Shown piece after piece: positions 25,530 to 37,735 of a stretch of DNA of 64,000 bases. Numbering within the stretch: the first letter of the stretch is position 1; every line of letters begins with the position of its first letter. This DNA is from Bugula neritina (taxonomy: Eukaryota > Animalia > Bryozoa). The notes beneath the pieces are model-generated. The model worked only from the letters and a program-made list of their open reading frames with translations. It did no database searches and was not told where the DNA came from. The stretch is from NCBI GenBank assembly GCA_964035545.1, contig OZ037766.1, positions 21,068,767 to 21,132,766 of the forward strand, written 5' to 3'. The position numbers and the translations under genes are program-made.

Positions 25530-26824
25530 TTCTATGTCCTTCTTAGTCTTCTCTCTGTTTTGACAGTTGGAAGTAATATCGTATTTTAAAAGCAACTTAA
25601 TTTCTCAACTTTCACACATTTATTTAGTACATGGGATTTATTGTACAGTTCAAAATAACATTAACCAATGACTATAATTATGTAGAAGGCAGTAGCTTTA
25701 ATGTACATGTATACCTTTTACACAGTTGTCACCAGGTGTGACAGTATTAATAGCTAGGTGTATCTTCAAACTCTGTCTGATGTATAATTTCAAGGAGTGA
25801 GACACACCCAGTTATATATAGTTTTTATCAATTAAAGGGAGAAATTGCTTTTGATTAGATGTTTCCCATTTAAATTGTGACTTTCAGTTATATAATTTTG
25901 CTTAAAATTTGAATACTTGCATAATAACACAAGGTATTGCATTTTTATGCTAATTTGCATTGCCATTTTGACCGTCCGTTTGTGTGGCATTTGCTTTATC
26001 AAAGCTTATTGATATACCTTAATGCACTACCTCGAACTAACAAATCTTTTTATAGTTCCAGAGATAGAAGTATTTATATTAATAGAATACCAGGTCCTTA
26101 TAGCCTACATAATAATTTTCACCACCACAGCTAGTTGATGCAGATATGTTCGGTACAGGATTGGGCATATAAGGTAGACAGGATGTATTTATATCTTGGG
26201 TCTTCATACTCAAGCCTCTGCAGATATTCTTGTTACTTTCATTTTATTCTAATATTAGGATTTCCAAAATAAATGTATATTTTAAAATTATCCTGACTGA
26301 AACTCTAGTAACGCACCTAATTAAATAGATCAAATATATGGGTTTTTCATTTCATGTTTTAGACCTCGCAGAAGTTCTGCATATAGCAATTTAAATTAAT
26401 TATTTTAGCCTAACTCTGATGGTTATTGTTTTACTTATTACTGACTCTTAACTGTAAACTAAATTGTTCTGTACTATATGGGTAGTATAAGATAAAACTA
26501 TAATAAGCAAATTTTAATGCCTACAAATAGCCACTTTTGTCACTAGTGCGTGGTAGTAATGCCATTTTGTAGTTGCAGTTACCTGTAGAAAAAAATTATT
26601 TAGCAAAATGAAGTATGGTGCATTTTATTGTGTTCATCAAATTTACAAAAGCATGGGAAGAAAATATTTATATCTACTAAAACTTATGCATAGTTTAAAA
26701 ACGGTTATTCTAGTAAAAAGAATTAATGTTATAACATGCTCAAACCACATCTCTGACTAATACATTATGCTCTATTGAAAAAGAATTGAGTTATAGTAGT
26801 CAACAATATTGAGTTAATCTCTGA

Positions 26825-28538
26825 TCAAAGATTAATATATTTCCGACAAGCAAAATAATTTTCATCGGAACAATCAGGGTCCATTCAGCCACGTGATGCA
26901 TAAGACATTTTTGTCAGCATTTACAATATCCTGTCTTTTAGATACAAAATCAGACAGGATTATGGGAAGTTTATTATTTTTGTAACCATTCCACTGCCAA
27001 ATGCCTCCGTCTACTTTCCTTTCCAGCCAAATGCTCCTGGAAGCCCTTGACACTAAAATGACAATAAATCGTATAGCGATGTAGGGTGTGATATATTTGA
27101 GCATTATTTGTAGCTAGAGTACAACAGAAAGTTAAAATGCTGCAACTAAGTAATCAACTAAGTAATTATAAAAGATGCACAATTATAAATATAGTTTGGT
27201 ACACTTTAAAAGCTAGTATAGCTTCATTTACAACTAGTTCTATACGCAAATTATCAAGTGCGCTATATTTAGCTTCAGGTTTAATGCTAAAATTGATGTA
27301 GAGCTTATAACATACGCGTATGCACTATAATATACCCGCGCATGTATTATACAGTATTATATCTGCATACATTTCAAATTTTGAGGCTTAGTAAGTTTAT
27401 TGGCTGAGAGAAATTAATCTTAGAAGCTAATGAAACAATAAGTTGGACATATATAATAAATTTCATAGCTTGATAAAAACTAATAGGTATGTTTCAATTA
27501 TGTTACAAAACTACACCAATTTCCCCGTGAAAAATTTTTTTTTTTAGTACTACTAAATTGGCAGTGTTTAGGAAATAATATATTTTATTTAGTCAATCTA
27601 TTTGTGAAGAGCTTGCAACAATTAGGATAATGCAACTAAGTGTTACAAACACTCATAACTAGCAGCTTGCACATATAACAACAATATCATATCATTATAC
27701 ATGGAACTTATGCTGCATTTTCCTTCAGCAAAATTTAAAAAAATATACTTGATAGAAATTATCGATGATATTAACTTATTTTCTAGTCTGTCGCACATGC
27801 TAACTTCAATCGACCAGCTGTTTAAGGCTTGCTGGCTTTGTCTTCAAACTGTTTATTAAGACTCTTAGGAGTGTTGGCTGCTTTGGGCTTACCTCTTTTA
27901 AGGCTGGTCTAGGTGCTGAACCAGCGAATCAGCTTTAGTGTATCAAGGATAATCAGCCTTGCTCCCTTTTTCTCTCATATAAATTTAGCTTTGTCCCAGG
28001 TAGCTGTGTCACTAGATAAGTATACACACAACTGTTCTTGTTCATAGTGCATATGTCCAGAAAGACACTGGTTATCTATATTGCACAGAAAAAAATATTT
28101 TAAATATAGTATCAAGTTTTTATAATGACGTATAGTTTAGGGTTATGAATACTTGACCTATTTCAGCTAAAATCTCACCAATAGATTTATATGCAAAAAG
28201 TTTTATCATAAAATAAAGTCTTCCATAAATGTAAGGGCAACACACTTTTGTATAAAAAACTGATTAAACTTTTGATGTTTTTTGACGTTTTTATATAAAA
28301 ATTTATGATAAACATATTGAATTTTGTCATAATTAAGCTAAAAGCGTTCACATTGTGATAGAGTGCACAATAACAATGTTTTAAAGCCATTAAGTTTTGT
28401 AAAGTTATAAAACAATTTTAATTATATAAAAAGAAAACTGGTTTATAAATCACTAATATCAGCTGCCATACAGGTAGTGACGATAGTGGCAGCAATTATT
28501 AACAGAGAAACAACTTGGTTTGAGCCAAATCTCGCCAT
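26825..28538 (-). pseudogene. psi-CTL-G: pseudogenised duplicate of CTL-H
   Basis: Exons ~28538-28460, 28075-27893 and 27052-26825. In-frame stops TGA (27975-27977, replacing the conserved Cys) and TAG (27909-27911). Exon 3 is frameshifted relative to CTL-H and the exon-1 donor is degraded. Confidence 0.9.
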
Positions 28539-31074
28539 TCCTTAGCTTAGCATAAACTACAATGCAGCAACATATATCAGACCCAATATTTTATAGAACT
28601 TAAATCTTCATGCAGAGTTGTTGGGGTCATTATTTTTAAGAAGCATTCAATTTAACTCGTTGGTTCTAAATTATAACAGGTTAACATAAGAAGTAAGGCA
28701 TATAAAATCTTGTAGTTTATTATTTTGCTTATTGTGGGCATGTTTATTGTATAGCAGACATACAAATTATACTGATACAGTTTCTTAGCAAGCTTGATAA
28801 TTTAATTTCAGCTGACTGGCAAAGAATTATAATGTCAAAATTATTACATAATAATAGTATAGCTCAAGTGCCAAGTATAAAATAAAATTGCTTGTTCTTG
28901 AAGTTGTTAATAGAAAATAATGAAACCTGTTATTCTTTTAATTTGACAACTTTGCTAATTAGTATTTTGTACTCACTTTGACAAAAACAACTATAATAAT
29001 CAGAATAAATAGGTTTCAAATACATTGCTTATGACTCTTTTGTTAAACTATAAATTTGAAAATTAACTGTTTTTCAGTAAGAGTTGGCGCTGTGTTATAA
29101 CTTTTATTTTCAAAAACTTTTTTTTTCACTTTTTAATTTACATGCTTTCTGATCATATCTTGTGGTATACATCCACCAATATGTTGGTCTTCTTTTCTTT
29201 TCTTTCTCTTGTCTGCCAAACAGATGTTGTTAATTTTATATCTTCTTGGTTTCTGCAAAGCCTTCCTTTTACGCTTTTACTCTTGATGTGTTTTTGATTT
29301 TCTTATTTTTTTGCTCTTCTATGCTGATGCTACAGATGTGGCAAAACATTTCCATTTTGATCAAACAAAATAAACTTTCTACAACTACTCATAAAAATAA
29401 ATCAAGTATCAAGGTCTCATCTAATTCTTTGAACTGAAATTTATTAGTTGAGAGCTTTTGCCTCAATTTCAGTTTTTACTCATCAATATATACACAGAAA
29501 AGGAAAAAGGGCAACTAAGTAAAATATAATAATCATTTTACATTTGTTGTTTTAGTTCAGAAAACAATTCTGTGACTTATCTATTCTAACATGGTATCAT
29601 AATTATAAGTATAACAAGCAAAATGTAAATCTCAGTATTAAGTAGTTTACTGTAATATAGTTAAACCACAGGGCTGTAAAATGAACCCCATGCATGCTCT
29701 AAATTTTCTCCTTTTATTTATTGCACCCTTTTATCTTTTTCACTTAAAAGCGTTTTAGGTAAACTATATCAAACATATGAAACGATCTGAAATCAAAGCA
29801 GAAGTTTTCAGGTGAGCAAGTATTTTTCACATTTTTTGCATATAAAAATTGATCAAATTAAAAATTCATTTTTTTCATAAAAGTAGCATAACTTCTCAAG
29901 CTTTAATAGATTAGTCAAATACATTCAGGCATGTATTGTCAACATGATCTCAAAGCTGGGCAATAATCTAAAGTTGTAGAGATATCTCAATTGTTTAACT
30001 TTTGTATAGAGCAGTTCAACCTGCCCTCTACCTGGCACATTACATGTGCCAAAATACTTACAGTCAAAAAATTGGGCTTTATCTTAGTGAGTGAAATGTG
30101 TATGCATTTAATTTTAATAGTGCTGGTTTTTGAATTGACAATAAGTTTTTTTCAAAACTTTTGCCCAAAAACAAAAATGTTGGTTCTACTAGCCTCACCC
30201 TCCGTTACAAAAAATGCAATTATTATTAATGTCACTTATTTCTTACTTTTTGAAAAGTCAGAGTAGAAAATTGACAAAATCTCCTGCAGAATCGCTGGAT
30301 ATTTATATCCTTAACTACGCAGTTCAGATTAAATTGGACTAAAAGATTCTGGAAAAGCCTAAACTTTTATAGCTATATCTTTGAATTTTTGCTAATGTTA
30401 TATTGTAGCTTCGTGTGCTGGTGTTTCATAGAGCTGCCCTTACTGTCAACTGCACTTCAAAACTGTGTATAATCTAAGTTGGCCCAGGTTGTAGTTGTAA
30501 GAGAAATTGAGTTCTTATTTTATTTGTTGCTTTTAACATTGCTTCATAGCTGTTTGATAACAGCTGTTGAAAACATGATTGAATTATTGATTGGATTTAT
30601 CAAATTATTACTTTGACGGCCATGAGCTAATTTTTGATCTGCAAACAAGCTTTTGCATGATGGTTATTGTGTTGCTTGTTACTAACTCTTGGCTGTAAAA
30701 TATTATATACTGCTTTGTAATATATGAGTAGTATAAGATAAAACTACAATAAAAAAGTTTCAGTGCTTACAAAAGTCTACTTTTGTCACTAGTAGTATCA
30801 ATGCTGTTTTTTAGTTGCATGCAGTTACCTTTAGATAAAAGTGGGTTAGCAAAATAAAAAGATTGTGCGCTTTATTGAGTCTATCAAGTTTACAAAAATA
30901 CACTAAGGCATTTTTATGTCTACTAAAACTTATGCATAGCTTGGAAATGATTATTTTAGTAAAATGATGATATAATATGTCTGTAATTACTCAAACCATA
31001 TCCCTGACTAATACACTATGCTCAATTGAAAAAGACTTGAGTTACATTAATCAGCACTGGTGGTAAATTTTTGA

Positions 31075-32598
31075 TCAAGGATTGATGTATTTCTGGCATG
31101 CATAATAATATTTCTCAGAGCAATCAATGTCCATCCAGCCATCAAACACTCCAATGTGATGCATAATACATATTTTGTCAGCATTAAAATTAACTGGTCT
31201 TTCGGATAGAAAATTAGACAGGATTATAGGAAATTTATTATTTTTGTAACCATTCCACTGCCATTTGCCTCCTTCTGCTTTCCCTGCCAGCCAGATGCTT
31301 TTATCAAGCCAGTCTAAAATGACAATGTATTGTATAGTGATGTAGGGTGACAGGGTATATAACAGGACATTAAAATGCTGCACATTCAAGTAAATGACAA
31401 AGTATAATTATACAAAATACAAAATCATCAATATATTACTTTGGTACACCTTAAAAGCTGATATCTAGTTTTATTGGCAACATATGGTTCCATTCACAGG
31501 TATAACTGAGTGAGCATTATTTAACTTTAAATTTATGCTATATCAATTTCGTGTTTTCCGATACTAAATTACCAGTATTGCAAAATAACATAATATTTTA
31601 TTTAGTCAATAAATACCATTTGTAAAATACTTGCATTAACAAGACACTGTGCTAGACTAAATATAACAGCTTACGTATACAGCAACAATATATGATATCC
31701 TATACTTAGGACTTATGGCGTCTTTTTCATTCAACAAAATGTTGAAAAAGAGACAATAGAAAATACTTTATATCAACGATATGAAGTTATTTCTCAATCT
31801 ATTGTACACACTAGCTTTAATTGACTTGCTATTTTAAGGCTTTCTGGCATTGTTTTTCAAACTTTTTGTTAAGACTCTTAGGAGTGTTGGCTGCTTTGGG
31901 CTTACCTTTTTTAAGGCTTAACTGGGTGCTGAACCAGTGAATCAGCTCTAGTGTGTCAAGGATAATCAGCCTTGCTCCCATTTTCTCACACGTAAATTTA
32001 GCTTTGTCCCAGGTAGCTGTGTCACTAGATAAATGTATGCACAACTGCCCTTGTTCATAGTGCATATCATATCCAGAAGGACATTTCATGCCATCTACAT
32101 TTTATACAAAACATTAGTTTTAAAATACATTAATTCTATAATGGTAGTTTAGACTTTAGAATGAGGAATACAGTTTTGGCTAGTTCAGCACTATCTTATA
32201 CTGATAGACAAATATATATGCAAGAACCTATACTGTAAATATATAAAAAATAAAATCTTCAATAAATGAAAAAAATAATCTATTTGGAAACAAATATCTT
32301 TTGTAAAAAAATATTGATTAGGCTTTGTTTTCTGCTGCTGGTTTTAATATTAATTTTTATGTATACAGTGAATAAAATATTGAATGTTGTCATAAGAAGC
32401 TAAAAACATCTGCATTGTGATACAGTGCACAATAACAACATTGTATATAAAGCTGTTCAGGCTTGCAAATTTTGTAGAAAACTTTCAATTTAAAAAACAC
32501 TTGTGATTAAATCACTTACTAGCTGTCGTACAAGTAGAGAAGATAGTGACGGCAATTATTAACAGAGATGCAACTTGGGTTGAGCCAAATCTCCCCAT
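31075..32598 (-). CDS. CTL-H: secreted C-type lectin-like protein, ~168 aa, RPV/WMD
   Basis: Exons 32598-32520 (MGRFGSTQVASLLIIAVTIFSTCTTA), 32094-31906 and 31313-31075 (IWLAG..NFLSERPV..KICIM..WMDIDC..YYYACQ). Introns are phase 1. Confidence 0.92.
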
Positions 32599-32648
32599 TC
32601 CTTAGCTTAGCATACACCACAATGCAGTAATATATAACAGACCCAATA

Positions 32649-32655
32649 TTTTATA
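32649..32655 (-). promoter_or_regulatory. Candidate TATA box of CTL-H (same site at 28589-28595 for psi-CTL-G)
   Basis: TATAAAA on the minus strand ~51 bp upstream of the ATG, identical in both duplicates. Confidence 0.5.
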
Positions 32656-34444
32656 GAACTTAAATATTTGCGATGATTGTCAGTGTCATTATGTTTAGAA
32701 AACATTCAATTTATCTCCTTTGTAAATTATGATAAGCTGAACATGGAAAATAAGATTATAGCTTATTATCCTGTCTACATACTTGTGTGTCTATCTTATA
32801 GCAAATGTACAAATTATACTGACTCTTCCCAGCATGAGAATTTAATTTCAGTCATTTGTATTCAAATTGGTTGCTTTAAGCCAATTGTTACATAAAAATA
32901 AGTGTCTGGTGCAAAATAAAATTACTTGTTTTTGAAGTTGCAACTTCAAAAATAAGTAGTTTTGTTGGGAGTAGAAAATCTTGCAATCTTTTATTTTTCT
33001 ATTTAGAAAACTTTGTTTAGGATTTTGTAGTCCAGAAACAACTTGTAACCATTAACAGAATAAAATGAGTTCCAATATTATATATACTAGTGGTTCCAGA
33101 CCTTTTCATATTATTCCCCTTTTCTTGAACATTTGCTATCGATCTCCTCCTTTTAAAAGTTCCAATTCATATGTATGTACATGCATCACAAAACCTGACA
33201 TAATATATAAAAAAAATTATGTTTTTATTAAATTTGATTATATAATACTCAAAAAAGTTATAGTAGAAAAAAATCTACCATCATAAATAATTTTATATCT
33301 GTTTATTTAATTATTACTTAAAGCATATTTTGATATTAATATCACTATAAAATGCCTACTTTATTGTGGAACGTGAAGAATGCATTTAATTTATATAATA
33401 TTATCCAACATGTTATAGTAGTATATTATATTATATTATAATATAATATTATATTATATTATAATGGTTGCAATAGTATTATGCATGTATAAAACCACAG
33501 GGCAGCTCAATTATTATTAATGCATTGGCACAGCTGACGCTTTTGTGCAAACTTGCTTAAGTGTAGCTCTGTTTTTTTCTGCAGGTCAATATAGTTTCTC
33601 TTTTTATTTTTAATATTTAGCTATGGTGAGAATTCCACCTCACTTAAAGAAGTGTGCTGAATGACACCAAAATTCTTAGTGCCTTGTCAGCTATGCATGG
33701 AGGAATTTTGATTGTTGGAACTTATGGATCTCTTAAATTGATGAAGATTTCATTGCAGAATTATCAACTATTTTGATGAAATTTCTTCGTTTTGGAATGG
33801 GCCACGTGGCAAAGTTAAAAACTTTTTCCTTCTTTTTAGTTAGCCTAGACAGATACCGCTTAAACTCTGTTACGATTTCAGCGAGATGCTAAAAAATGTT
33901 TTGAAAGAAAACCTGAAACAAGTTATTTTTCTAAAAACTCTGTGAGTGTGAGGAAAAGACACCATATTTTTGATAATATGAACATGTAACTGCCACAACT
34001 TCAGTTAAACTTTGGAAGCATTGATTCTAGCTAATATGAAAAACAATGATGTGACGATTTTAAAGTTCAAGTTATTTAGGGAAGCAATTATGGTACTAGA
34101 TATGCGGCATGTAACTCATTGGGAGATCAGCTTGTGTTGCTGCTAAAAGTTCCAGTTGGTTTTTGCTTTCATGAAAAGTATAATTTGTCTGTATAATTAT
34201 ATAAGTAGTGTTCTCTCTGAACTTGCCCTATTTTACTCTAGAATTCTAGAATTTTCCATCCGGATTTACCCCAATTCGGACATCCGAAATGATATTCAAA
34301 TCAGACATCTGATTTATAATTGGTTGCCAAATCGAACAGAATTCCTTCGAATTGGACACCATGAACTTCGGGAAGTCCAAATTCGGTTAAATTCAGATTT
34401 ATATGTATATATAAAAGAGAGATAACTCCAAAATCTATTACAAT

Positions 34445-35018
<574 letters not shown>

Positions 35019-35044
35019 GCTATATTGCAGACTTTTTTCTATTG

Positions 35045-35120
35045 TGGTTCATGTGGTTGCAGTGTTAGGTTAACCCAGCAGACCCTGTGACCGGAGGTCT
35101 GTTGTTTGAATCCCAGTGGG
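35045..35120 (+). mobile_element. Degenerate tRNA-like SINE head
   Basis: tggttgcagtgttagg (A-box-like) and gtttgaatccc (B-box-like). No TSD was found. Confidence 0.35.
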
Positions 35121-35686
35121 AGGGGAGAGGAGGGAGCAATTTTCTTTTAGTGGTGCATATAAGTGAAATAATTCCATCAAAGTTCATTAAAAAAGCAATC
35201 ACGATACTAATGTGCTTTGGAATGCTGAGTTTTTTTTCTGGTAAACATTAACTAATGGCTCTTTCAGTAACTCATCATAGATTCTCATAGCTTGTTATGT
35301 TTAGTTTGCACACCAGGCATGCAGTATAGTAGCAGATGCAAGAATAGACTTTTGAGCTGATGTTATTTTTTTAAAGAAATTTCTGTTAGATTTTCTTCAT
35401 TATCATTTTTATTTAATTTCTATAAGCTCCTTTAGAGCCTTAGACTTGAGTATAGATAAAAAATGAGCAGTTTGAATATTTATTGCTATATCCTGTGTAT
35501 GTATACTCTATGTCAGCCACCAGTATAAACATACTGAGTTGAACTTGCAACCTGATCGAGAAGTGAATGGTTTGAGTAGCCCAAATATTTAGTTTTTCAT
35601 ATATAAAATATAGGTTTCTTCAAATTGCTTTGTTCGTTGGTATTTTATTTTGATTCAGCCACACCAAACTTTCATGATCATGAATG

Positions 35687-35915
35687 TAGTTTTGTTACCA
35701 AGCTAAATCAAGAATTTATAAAAACGTCATTTAATTCGATCAGAAACATATGATGCGTGGGAGCAATCATAACATGTAGTAATGGTAGGATGAGAGGCAT
35801 TTATAGAGGCACCTCATCCTACTATTACTACATATTATTATTGCTCCCATGCATCATATGTTTGATTGAAATGACGTTTTCATAAATTCCTGATTTAGCT
35901 TAGTTACAAAAACTA
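35687..35915. mobile_element. Foldback/MITE-like long imperfect inverted repeat
   Basis: agctaaatcaagaatttataaaaacgtcattt..catatgatgcgtgggagcaat..gtaggatgag is mirrored by ctcatcctac..attgctcccatgcatcatatg..aaatgacgttttcataaattcctgatttagct. Confidence 0.75.
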
Positions 35916-35924
35916 AATTCACCA

Positions 35925-37735
35925 ACATTTACTGGCATGTTATATATATGCACATCTATGTCAAAATAGGCTGTACTCTATCTACTCAGTACTTTACATA
36001 TCACTTTTTGTACACAAAGCTAACAATATACTAGGGTAGGTTGATCAGTATTCTTCAAAATTTTAGGATTTGTGTCCTCAATGTTTGCTAGCAGTTTTAT
36101 TGCTAAATTTGCTACCTAGTTTGCTATCTCTCAATAAAATTATTATGAGTAAAATCATACTTAAGACACAAGCTGTTTGACAAACTAGACTCTTCTATTA
36201 ATGTTAACCTATTTTCTAAATTCAAATACAGAACAAAAGCATTTAAAAAATAGCTTTTGATGATTGCAATGCAAAATAATATGAATAATTTTAATTTAAT
36301 ATATTTTAATTTTATTGTACAATGCTTTGCATGAGAACATCATAGCTTTAAGATCAGCATGGTCATTATTAAGTAATAGAATGAGAAAGAAATAAGTATA
36401 ATAGGTAAATTGTAATAAATATTCATTAAATAAAAAACAGAAGTTGAAATAGATGGTAACTATAATTTATATCATAAAAAGTTATTTTTGTAAGGAGATT
36501 TTTAACAATACATTAGCAGAACAAAAATAAAATAAATGTATATTTTTATGTTTTTCAACATTGGCAAACATACTGTATTTGAGCACCAAACTATCTTTTT
36601 GCATTGAACAAAAATAATGAGTGTCGGAAAATATTTTTTGGTTACTAAATAAAAAATATAGCAATAAACAATTAACTTTCAATAAAGATGTTTTTATTAT
36701 ACATAAAGCATGAATAAATCTGATAACCAAACTTTGCTTAAAACATGACATCATAAATAATAAGTGAACACCAAGTTTGTAGACGTGTGAATAATATTTA
36801 CAGGTTATCATGAGTAATTTTGATCTATTGTAAACTGCATCTAGCTTCTAAATGGAGAAAAACACAAACTACTTTGAAGTATTAAAATGACAGCAGCTGA
36901 TGTACTACTAGCAGGTAAATAGGTTCACCTTGTGTAAACTCCTCTAAATGACTTTGTCATGATATATTAAAGATTACCTATGTGACATCATATCCTGTTG
37001 AGATATCGTTCACAGTCTCCAATAATATCATTGTGGTTAGTAAAGTTAAACTGCCTAGGTTGAACATTGCCAGCGGTAGATGAAGACTTAGCTAGATAAA
37101 ACAAACAGAATTATGATATATTGTCATCACAATTTAAGGACGTACCAGATGAGAAAAGTAGCAAAATAAGTTAAATTTTCTTGTGTACCTACACCAAAAT
37201 TCAATATCACAAAACTGTAAAATGCTGTTTATTATGTCATATAGAAATAGTTCTAGACATAAGTCTACAAGTTTCATACTTATTGTGAAGGTGCGACACA
37301 CGATAAATGAATGTTCTTTTAGGTCCAAACAGATCAGATGAAAATGCCATAATGATGGAGATGTACTTATATGCTCCCCTTACTAGCGCTATGTTGATTT
37401 AGTTTGGTTGAAAAAACTATTTTCGCCTACATTTACTTGCATGTTATATATATGCACATCTATGTCAAGATAAACTGTACTCTATCTACTCAGTACTTTA
37501 CATATAACTTTTTGTACACAAATCTAACAATATACTAAGGTAGGTTGATCAGCATTCTTCTAATTTTTAAGATTTGTGTCCTCAATGTTTGCGAGCAGTT
37601 TTAATGATGAATTTGCTACTTAGTTTGCTACCTCTCGTTAAAATTATTATGAGTAAAATCATACTTAAGACACAAGCTGTGTGACAAACTCGATTTTTGA
37701 TGTTAAACTATTTTTTTTCTAAATTCAAATACAGA
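35925..37735. repeat. ~305-bp direct repeat pair (35925-36232 and 37429-37735)
   Basis: Both copies run acatttact(g/t)gcatgttatatatatgcacatctatgtc ... ctaaattcaaatacaga with few differences. Confidence 0.9.

Larger units (their letters stand above)
26418..33077. repeat. Segmental tandem duplication of ~2.5 kb (26418-29021 and 30659-33077) containing CTL-G and CTL-H
   Basis: Co-linear similarity through 3' flank, introns and promoter, e.g. the shared aagactcttaggagtgttggctgctttgggcttacc and cttagcttagcata..acccaatattttatagaact. Confidence 0.85.

Noticed and set aside
26091-26218. Possible minus-strand exon (AG/GT bounded, open in one frame) upstream of CTL-F
   Set aside because: No similarity to lectin exons, its phase is incompatible with the cluster and no partner exons were found
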